This document shows positions 1 to 6,243 of a DNA stretch of 24,849 nt, in pieces; the first letter of the stretch is position 1; each line of letters opens with the position of its first letter. The position numbers and the translations under genes were made by a program. Under the pieces are notes generated by a model. That model did no database searches, was not told the origin of the DNA, and saw only the letters and a list, made by a program, of their open reading frames with translations. Source of the DNA: a virus; the IMG/VR virus record IMGVR_UViG_3300035698_012504, positions 250,694-275,542 of that record; one strand, written 5' to 3'.

Positions 1-184
1 CATGTGCCTTAGTGATTCTAAGCAATTTAAAAATAGATAAATCCATTTTTCTAAATATACCAGAGAACCACCCAGATACATCGACAATAAGTTTCTTTAA
101 TTGTCTAAGAGAATCTGCTACTCCTTCATCTAATACCATAGACTCCAAAGATTCAAGTTCTATAAAATGTTCTGAAATATACAT
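1..184 (-). CDS. Hypothetical protein, N-terminal part only; the gene continues past the left edge of the window
   Basis: A minus-strand frame is stop-free from nt 184 to nt 1, which is unusual in roughly 30% GC DNA. An ATG sits at 184-182 with a GGAG about 13 nt upstream. My hand translation begins MYISEHFIELESLESMVLDEGVADSLRQLKKLIVDVSGWFSGIFRKMDLSIFKLLRITKAH. The ORF track does not report it because it has no stop inside the window. Confidence 0.35.
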   Translation of the reverse strand, partial: MYISEHFIELESLESMVLDEGVADSLRQLKKLIVDVSGWFSGIFRKMDLSIFKLLRITKAH

Positions 185-224
185 TTATATGATACTACTC
201 CATGTTTAACAGTTTGTCCGCAAA

Positions 225-1298
225 TTATACTATTAAGAAATCGACTACCTTTTCTTTAGTTTCCTCGTTAGATAACATTCCTTCAAATACTTGTCTACAT
301 ATATCGGCATCAAATGCGGCATCATGTAAATTTTCTTGATTGAATTTAACATTATAATAATGAGCTGCCTCTAATAAGGTTGGTTTTTTATATTTAAAAT
401 TAGGGTGGAATTTATTAAGTGGTAATCTCATAACACTTGTATTGGTTCCACATGTACAAAATGAATATGTCCAATGCATCTTAGAGAACCTTCTATCAAA
501 CGTAGAGTTATGTGCTACAAAATGTTTTATACCTTTGCAATATTTTTCTATAGATGTTAAATCATTTCTATAAAATTCGGGATATGTTGCATCTCCTCTA
601 AATTCTGTAATGGTTTTATGAGTTAATCCATTTACAGCTACTGCTCTTGGATCATAACATCCTGACTCAGAATAGTAATATCTAATGTATGGTTCTACGT
701 CATCACAATCAACTACTTCCATCTTATCAAGATCTACAATTGCTCGTATAGCGCAGACAGATAATACATGATCTTTCTTCTCACTCACTCCTGTGGTCTC
801 GAAGTCTATAAATATAAGTGGAATAGATCCCCACGTCTTTATTTTATTAGCTTCTTCTTTAGCATAAGTATCACAGAGTTCGTTATACTTATTTCCTTTA
901 TGAGCCTCAACGTATTCTGCTAATACATTAAATTTCTTGAGGATCTCATTTATTTCTTTCCATAGATTTACATGAGCAATTTCTAATTTTTTACTATTCA
1001 TCCAACCATTACATGACCACTTCTGCAACCAACTATTTATAGAATTACAAACATATTTTGAGTCACTAAAAATCTTTACATTTGTTCCAGGTTCAAAGTT
1101 ATTATTAATATGTACTAATGAACTATAAGCAGCCATTACTTCCATTGCGCTATTTGTAGTATTCTCTTTATTACCTTTTAGTACTTCTAATTCTTTTCCA
1201 TCTTCTAAAACAACTGCTGCCCATCCTCCAGGAAATGTTCCTTTCTGATTATTACCTAAACATGAACCGTCAGTATATACAACTATCTCCTTACTCAT
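225..1298 (-). CDS. Fusion protein: N-terminal RNase HI domain plus C-terminal DnaQ/RNase-T-like DEDDh 3'-5' exonuclease
   Basis: The N-terminus matches RNase HI closely. '[23 protein letters not shown]' aligns with E. coli RnhA '[20 protein letters not shown]'. '[11 protein letters not shown]', '[18 protein letters not shown]' and '[18 protein letters not shown]' align with 'TTNNRMELMAA', 'STDSQYV..GITQWIHNW' and 'GHAGHPENERCDELARAA'. The C-terminus carries the exonuclease motifs: Exo I 'FIDFETTG', Exo II 'FVAHNSTFD' and Exo III '[14 protein letters not shown]' with the DEDDh histidine. Its stop overlaps the next gene by 8 nt. Confidence 0.85.
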   Translation of the reverse strand: [357 protein letters not shown]

Positions 1299-1779
1299 TG
1301 GAGCCCTTTCTAATCTTCGTAATTATCTCAGTAGTAGATATTCCTTCTACTCCAGAAAATAATAATATCTTACCACCATAATTTTCAACAATTTTTCTCT
1401 CTGTTTGAACTACTGTATCAATAGTATAATCGCCACCCTTCACATAATAATTTGGTTTCAATCCTCTTAGAACTTCGTCGAAATCTTTACCGTCCCAAAG
1501 AAGAATATAATCTACAAATTCTAATGATGAAAGAACTAGTGCTCTATCTTCCTGGTTCATTATCGGTCTACCAGGACCTTTATTTTTTACAACAGATTCA
1601 TCAGTATTGAGGCCGACTATAAGTACATCACCAGCGTTGGCTGCTCTCCTAAGGTACTTAATATGACCCGCATGCATTATATCAAAACATCCATTTGTCC
1701 AGACAGTAGTTAAATTTTTACATTTACATTCTTGAGAAATTATTTTCAAAGCATCAAATGATAAAGTCTTCAGTCTCAT
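1291..1779 (-). CDS. Cytidylyl/adenylyltransferase of the HIGH-motif family (RfaE domain II / HldE C-terminal type sugar-phosphate nucleotidyltransferase)
   Basis: The sequence 'TNGCFDIMHAGHIKYL' is the (T/H)xGH nucleotidyltransferase signature. It matches the GCFD(L/I)LHxGH motif of heptose-1-phosphate adenylyltransferase and glycerol-3-P cytidylyltransferase. The size (162 aa) fits this class, and the gene is translationally coupled to the one downstream. Confidence 0.7.
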   Translation of the reverse strand: MRLKTLSFDALKIISQECKCKNLTTVWTNGCFDIMHAGHIKYLRRAANAGDVLIVGLNTDESVVKNKGPGRPIMNQEDRALVLSSLEFVDYILLWDGKDFDEVLRGLKPNYYVKGGDYTIDTVVQTERKIVENYGGKILLFSGVEGISTTEIITKIRKGSNE

Positions 1780-1780
1780 T

Positions 1781-2050
1781 CTAATCCTCTCTAAATTGAG
1801 GTGGTCCAGTTCCTAGTGTCCGACCACTAATTTTATCTGCTATAATCGGAACCCTTGCAGTCATTCCATAATCATTGGGTTCTACTGGAGTACTAGTATT
1901 AATTTTATTGGTTACCTTCGTTGCAAAAGTTCCAAACACTTTCGATGTTTTTAAGCTTCCACAATTAGGGCATTTTTCTTTTGTCTTTCCCTTCTGTAAA
2001 GACTCCCAAGTATTGGTACACTCTTTACATTCAAAGGTAAATAATGGCAT
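1781..2050 (-). CDS. FmdB-family zinc-ribbon protein
   Basis: The N-terminus 'FECKECTNTWESLQK...KCPNCGS' fits the FmdB pattern CxxC...CPxCG. It is followed by a low-complexity tail. Confidence 0.6.
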   Translation of the reverse strand: MPLFTFECKECTNTWESLQKGKTKEKCPNCGSLKTSKVFGTFATKVTNKINTSTPVEPNDYGMTARVPIIADKISGRTLGTGPPQFRED

Positions 2051-2053
2051 AAT

Positions 2054-2446
2054 CTACTCCTTACTATTATAAACATCAGGGTCAAGATCTCTATTCCTAA
2101 GAATAGAAAAAATTATTTTCGGTATTGATGTGAGTTCCAGTTTAGGTACAAATATATCGACTACTTCAAACCCTTCTACATCCATATTAGGAACATCGTT
2201 ACCACTCATTAAAATTCCTACAGTAGTTGGGCTAAATCTTTTAATCTCCCTAATAAAATCTACACCATTCATTCCAGGCATTCTAAAATCTGAAATTACA
2301 ATATCATAAAACGGATGTAGAAGTGTTTCCCTTGGATCAGTTTTTACTTCTATTTCAATATTCTTCATGCTGCTCTCTAAGATATCAACAGCCAAATCTC
2401 TGATCATTTCATCATCGTCTATTAACAGAATCACTATTTTTTCCAT
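2054..2446 (-). CDS. Stand-alone response-regulator receiver domain (CheY-like), with no output domain
   Basis: It has 'ILLIDDDEMIRD' (the acidic pair), 'DIVISDFRMPGMNG' (the phospho-acceptor Asp), 'VGILMSGN' (the conserved Ser/Thr) and 'FVPKL' (the conserved Lys). The protein is 130 aa. A GGAG ribosome-binding site lies upstream at 2453-2458, read on the minus strand. Confidence 0.8.
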   Translation of the reverse strand: MEKIVILLIDDDEMIRDLAVDILESSMKNIEIEVKTDPRETLLHPFYDIVISDFRMPGMNGVDFIREIKRFSPTTVGILMSGNDVPNMDVEGFEVVDIFVPKLELTSIPKIIFSILRNRDLDPDVYNSKE

Positions 2447-2467
2447 AACAATATCTCCTTAATGTTT

Positions 2468-2493
2468 AGAAAAAAAAGGCATTGTGCCTTTTA
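2468..2493 (-). terminator. Rho-independent terminator between the Ro60 gene and the receiver gene
   Basis: Read on the minus strand the sequence is 'AAGGCA-caa-TGCCTT' followed by 7-8 T residues. The stem is 6 bp with a 3-nt loop. It starts immediately at the TAA stop of the Ro60 gene. Because it is flanked by an A-run upstream and a T-run downstream, it could act in both directions. Confidence 0.6.
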
Positions 2494-4110
2494 CGATTGC
2501 TGTGTTTCTATTTGGTTAGAAATGTCGATCATTTTTCTTGCGAACATCAGAACGCTGTGGCTCCAACCTCCAAGAATAAATGTTCTTCTGTAATACTCTG
2601 GAATTATTGTATCCTGATACCCAGCTGTCTGGACTAGGAATACATTAATATTAGGATTCACTTTTGTTCTATATCTATTTACAAGTTTGGGGACATCTAT
2701 ATATTGACCTGAGTTCGGGAATATGAAATCAGAGTAGGACGATTTATCTGATCCATACAATCCACCATGACCAGCTTGCATATCGGAATACACAAACAAG
2801 TTATCATAATGAATTTCCTTCTGAGTTATTTCATCTAAGGCCAACCAGATGCCATGCTCAGTACCGTGACCTATGCTCACGCCAATCTTATTAACTTCTT
2901 TTAGTTGATCAAATACAGAACTTCTTTTTCTTACATCATGGTATTTTAATCTATCCCCAAATACACCAATGACTCCTTCATCGGAAATCATTCCGGTAAG
3001 TATACCCATCATGTTTCCAATCTCCGCAACTGTTACTGATGAGTATTCTCCCGGTCCTGAGTCATAAGCACTACCAGAGTTATCGGTGAGTATTAGAGAT
3101 TTACCTGGAAGCTGAGGAAGCTCAGGCATTGATTTCATTAGACTATCTTCAAGTGCATCTAATATCTTAGCAGAACCAGTTGGATGTGCATTCTTTACTG
3201 CCATATATGCTGTCCAGTATCTAAATGGTAATAACATTCCACGTTCAGCAGATTTAGTCATCTTATCAACAATTAGATCCTGATCCACATCAGCAGTAAT
3301 TAAATTTCTAAGATTTTTAACTATTGCAAAGTGTCCCATAACGCCTAGACACTTATCCCAAGACTCACCTTTGGATCTTAATGCTTCCCAAGTTTCGTCA
3401 TTGAGTTTAAGTTCACCGCCTACTAAAGCACGGATATCATCGTTCCATTGAAAGTCAATCATATTAATAACATCAACAGTTTTGACTTCTCTTGATTCCA
3501 TTCTATATTTAGCAAGTTCATATTTCTTAGCTATTAGAAATCTATCTGCCCAAGATCTCTTAAGACTATTGGGTACAGGTTTTCCAAATGCTTTTAACTG
3601 ATATGCTAATTGAGTAGCTGGCTCGTCCATTCTCCTGAGAATTGAAGGAGCATACTTTCTTATTAGGCCAGTGCCTTTTACTTTTAAATGATTTGCAGCT
3701 CTTACCATTATTACTTGAGGAGTAACTCTTATCTTGTCTTCATTTCTAAGTGCAGCTGCAATATAAAGAGTTCCTTCTGGATCGAATGCTAATGCTTCAT
3801 CAATTGCTCGTTCCATCAATTCAGTTGGCTTAAGACTTCTCCAATCATATTTATCTATTGCATCTAAACTTTCTCTTAAATATTTTATTTGGGTGTCTGA
3901 TAATGTGGATGATTTTCTTGCTTCATCAAAACTTTTCTTTTTTCCAGAACCAGAGGAAGTGTAATACTTCGGTTCTCCAAAGAAACATGACGCAGCCATT
4001 GCTCTTAATCTTACTAGTGGAGTAATGTCAAAACTTGTTCCAGCCATAAAATTTTTGTGGGAATCTTTTCTCACTGCCGTCGACTTGGTCTTGTTAATCG
4101 TTGCCATCAA
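2491..4110 (-). CDS. rsr: Ro60/Rsr orthologue: TROVE domain plus von Willebrand A domain
   Basis: The length (539 aa) is close to human Ro60 (538 aa) and Deinococcus Rsr. 'RAMAASCFFGEPKYYTS' matches Ro60 'RFLCFGSEGGTYYI'. The vWA MIDAS motif 'LILTDNSGSA' lies near residue 335, matching Ro60 'LLAVDVSASM' near residue 375. The later vWA segments 'IGHGTEHG' and 'VFLVQTAG' correspond to 'PAGGTDCS' and 'VFIVFTDNET'. The start codon is TTG or ATG at 4110 or 4107, with an AAAGGA ribosome-binding site. Confidence 0.8.
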   Translation of the reverse strand: MMATINKTKSTAVRKDSHKNFMAGTSFDITPLVRLRAMAASCFFGEPKYYTSSGSGKKKSFDEARKSSTLSDTQIKYLRESLDAIDKYDWRSLKPTELMERAIDEALAFDPEGTLYIAAALRNEDKIRVTPQVIMVRAANHLKVKGTGLIRKYAPSILRRMDEPATQLAYQLKAFGKPVPNSLKRSWADRFLIAKKYELAKYRMESREVKTVDVINMIDFQWNDDIRALVGGELKLNDETWEALRSKGESWDKCLGVMGHFAIVKNLRNLITADVDQDLIVDKMTKSAERGMLLPFRYWTAYMAVKNAHPTGSAKILDALEDSLMKSMPELPQLPGKSLILTDNSGSAYDSGPGEYSSVTVAEIGNMMGILTGMISDEGVIGVFGDRLKYHDVRKRSSVFDQLKEVNKIGVSIGHGTEHGIWLALDEITQKEIHYDNLFVYSDMQAGHGGLYGSDKSSYSDFIFPNSGQYIDVPKLVNRYRTKVNPNINVFLVQTAGYQDTIIPEYYRRTFILGGWSHSVLMFARKMIDISNQIETQQS

Positions 4111-4565
4111 ACTATCCTTTCACGTCACTTCGGATCCACGGACCCGAACTTTAAAAATGGGGAGAATATCGCAAGGGCGATTTTTTCGCTTTTGATCCTT
4201 ATTCAAATGAAGTAACCCTTACATTCACTACCCCGAAAAATATATAAATAATATAAATTTAAGAAAAAACAGGAAAAGCTCGATCTGGTGTTGGTCTTCG
4301 CTGGCGCTCACTAGCCGATGGCTAGCAGCGTTCCAGCTCCATGAAGTAACCAAATCAATCACTACCTGTAAAAATCAACGCGAGATAAATAGCGACAGAG
4401 TATATGTTTCATTTTAAAGAAGTAACTCTATCTTTCACTACTCGCTAAAAACATTGGGAAAAAATCAACTAGGTGTTTGTTTCATTTAAAGGTGAAGTAA
4501 CCCAGTCATTCACTACCCAAAAAAAGATAAATCATCGTTCTCACTATTTAATATATATAGTATAT
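4111..4565. ncRNA. 455-bp non-coding locus with four direct repeats and a GC-rich hairpin; candidate structured RNA or RNAs, possibly Y-RNA-like, with strand unresolved
   Basis: No ORF of 60 aa or more is present. Four copies of the motif GAAGTAAC-N(6-8)-TCACTAC(C)-N(3-5)-AAAAA begin at 4209, 4343, 4419 and 4494. A roughly 60% GC imperfect hairpin sits at 4300-4337 in otherwise AT-rich DNA. The region lies directly upstream of the Ro60/TROVE gene. Read on the minus strand each repeat is TTTTT..GGTAGTGAAT..GGTTACTTCA. Confidence 0.4.
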
Positions 4566-5867
4566 CTAAACCTGGTAAACCCATTCATCATCTTCGAAAA
4601 TATTTTTTGTATCTATTATAATATCTGAGTATTCTTTTATAATACTATAATCCACATTATCATGATCAACTGCAATTATTACAGCATCAGATCGTTTACA
4701 TATTGTCTTGAGATCTTCTGATTCAAAACTATAATGTTTATCTACATAAGGATCATGATAAGTAATGTTAGCCCTTCTGAAAAGCAACTGTTCCAATATA
4801 GCAGTGCCGGTAGAGTTTCTAACGTCTCCCACATTCTTTTTGTAAGCCAATCCAATAATAGCAATGTTAGCTCCTTTCACAGGTTTGTCCGCAGAATCTA
4901 AAATCCATTTAATCTTGTCTATTAAAATATCTAATGATTTTTTATTGACGCCTGTACATGCGTCTATGATGGGGGTATCGACCCCATGTTTATTCGATTC
5001 ATATTTAAAATAATATGGATCTACTCCTATACATTCTCCGCCTATAGATGCAGTTGGATAGAATGGAGAAAATCCAAATGGTTTTGTACTTGCCAATTCT
5101 ATCACTTCTTTTAAACTAATTTCCATTTGATCGCAGAATTGTTTGACTTCATTCATAAAAGATATGTTTACAAATCTATACATATTTTCTAATAGCTTTG
5201 TTAGTTCTGCTACATGAGTTCCTGAAGCTTCTACTACTTCATCTACAATATTTAAATATAGTGCTTTTGCAATAGCAGTCGAAACTGGATCAACTCCCCC
5301 AACAATCTTTGGAGTATTTTCTAAAGTATATAATTTATTTCCTGGGTCTACTCGTTCAGGACTAAATGCAACATATCCTTCGAATCCTCTAGATCTTGTT
5401 GGGTTTAACTTGTCATCTTTAAAACGCCAGAAGTTTTTGTTTGTAAACCCAGGATACACTGTACTTTCTAATACAATTAAAAAATCAGACTTCCCATAAC
5501 TTACAATGTTATTATGAATAGTGTCAATCAATATTTCTAAGTTCTTTACTTCTGGTTTATTATTAATGGTTGGGGTTGGAACACATATGATTATACAATC
5601 ACAATCTACTAAGATTTTTTTCGGAGGCTTTTCCCAACATGTAAATAATTCCACACCGTGATTTAAAATATCTAGTTCTTCATCACTTATATAACTTATA
5701 TCACACTTACCCGATTTAAGTTTTTTAATCTTTCTTTCATCTACATCAAATCCCCTGACTCTGAATCCTGCCTTTGCGAATTTAAGGGCCAACGGCAAAC
5801 CTACGTAGCCAAGTCCAATTATACCAATTTTAGCTTTCTTGGTTTCTATTTTTTCTAATAATTCCAT
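4566..5867 (-). CDS. Nucleotide-sugar dehydrogenase (UDP-glucose/GDP-mannose dehydrogenase family, WbpA/WecC-like UDP-N-acetyl-hexosamine dehydrogenase)
   Basis: It has an N-terminal Rossmann motif 'KIGIIGLGYVGLPLA'. The catalytic-cysteine motif 'IGGECIGVDPYYF' matches the 'GGHCIPVDPYY' of the WbpA/WecC branch. The C-terminal domain contains 'IIGLAYKKNVGDVRNS'. The protein is 433 aa. Confidence 0.85.
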   Translation of the reverse strand: MELLEKIETKKAKIGIIGLGYVGLPLALKFAKAGFRVRGFDVDERKIKKLKSGKCDISYISDEELDILNHGVELFTCWEKPPKKILVDCDCIIICVPTPTINNKPEVKNLEILIDTIHNNIVSYGKSDFLIVLESTVYPGFTNKNFWRFKDDKLNPTRSRGFEGYVAFSPERVDPGNKLYTLENTPKIVGGVDPVSTAIAKALYLNIVDEVVEASGTHVAELTKLLENMYRFVNISFMNEVKQFCDQMEISLKEVIELASTKPFGFSPFYPTASIGGECIGVDPYYFKYESNKHGVDTPIIDACTGVNKKSLDILIDKIKWILDSADKPVKGANIAIIGLAYKKNVGDVRNSTGTAILEQLLFRRANITYHDPYVDKHYSFESEDLKTICKRSDAVIIAVDHDNVDYSIIKEYSDIIIDTKNIFEDDEWVYQV

Positions 5868-5879
5868 TGCAGTCCTTTC

Positions 5880-6143
5880 TTATTCATCGCCTTCTTTATT
5901 GGAAACAAACTCACTGATGTAAACATTCCTCAAACACTCAAAATTATGTTTCAACTCTGGAATCTTCTCAAAAAATAAAGAGAGTTCTGTAATCAATCCC
6001 TCTATTTCTGCCATCTCGTTTAGATTAGTTAGATCATAATTAATGGTTCTGGTAAACGTTGGATTTAAACCCTGCTTAGTTTGAATTAACTTACTAATCT
6101 TCGAATCTAAATCCAATAATTTTTTAATGATATTTTCAATCAT
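5880..6143 (-). CDS. Hypothetical protein
   Basis: An 87-aa ORF with the ribosome-binding site GAGAGGAAAAAG, tightly packed between the capsid and dehydrogenase genes. I recognise no motif. Confidence 0.45.
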   Translation of the reverse strand: MIENIIKKLLDLDSKISKLIQTKQGLNPTFTRTINYDLTNLNEMAEIEGLITELSLFFEKIPELKHNFECLRNVYISEFVSNKEGDE

Positions 6144-6170
6144 TACTTTTTCCTCTCTATATACATGTGA

Positions 6171-6203
6171 AGGAAGCCCAAGACCAAAGATCTCAGGCTT
6201 CCT
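6171..6203 (-). other. Stable hairpin immediately 3' of the major capsid gene; possibly a stabiliser of the mRNA 3' end or a weak terminator
   Basis: The 8-bp stem pairs aggaagcc (6171-6178) with ggcttcct (6196-6203) around a 17-nt loop. It sits 40 nt downstream of the capsid stop codon. No clean U-tract follows on the minus strand. Confidence 0.35.
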
Positions 6204-6243
6204 ATAATGTTTATAATTTTTAGTATTATATTAATTTATTGAA

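Noticed and set aside
12-209. Plus-strand 65-aa ORF at the left edge
   Set aside because: It runs against the transcription direction of every supported gene. It lies in the same DNA as a stop-free minus-strand frame that has a ribosome-binding site and an ATG. Its low-complexity translation has no motifs.
4111-4565. A CRISPR array as the explanation for the four direct repeats
   Set aside because: The repeat units are degenerate (about 70-80% identical) rather than near-identical. Their spacing is irregular (134, 76 and 75 nt). No cas genes are present.
4111-4565. A tRNA gene in the intergenic island
   Set aside because: I found no cloverleaf with a canonical T-loop (GTTCRANYC) on either strand. 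The nearest candidates, 'GTTCGGGTC' on the minus strand at 4141-4149 and 'GCGTTCCAGCTCC' on the plus strand, lack the conserved A58 or a purine at position 57 and have no matching acceptor stem.
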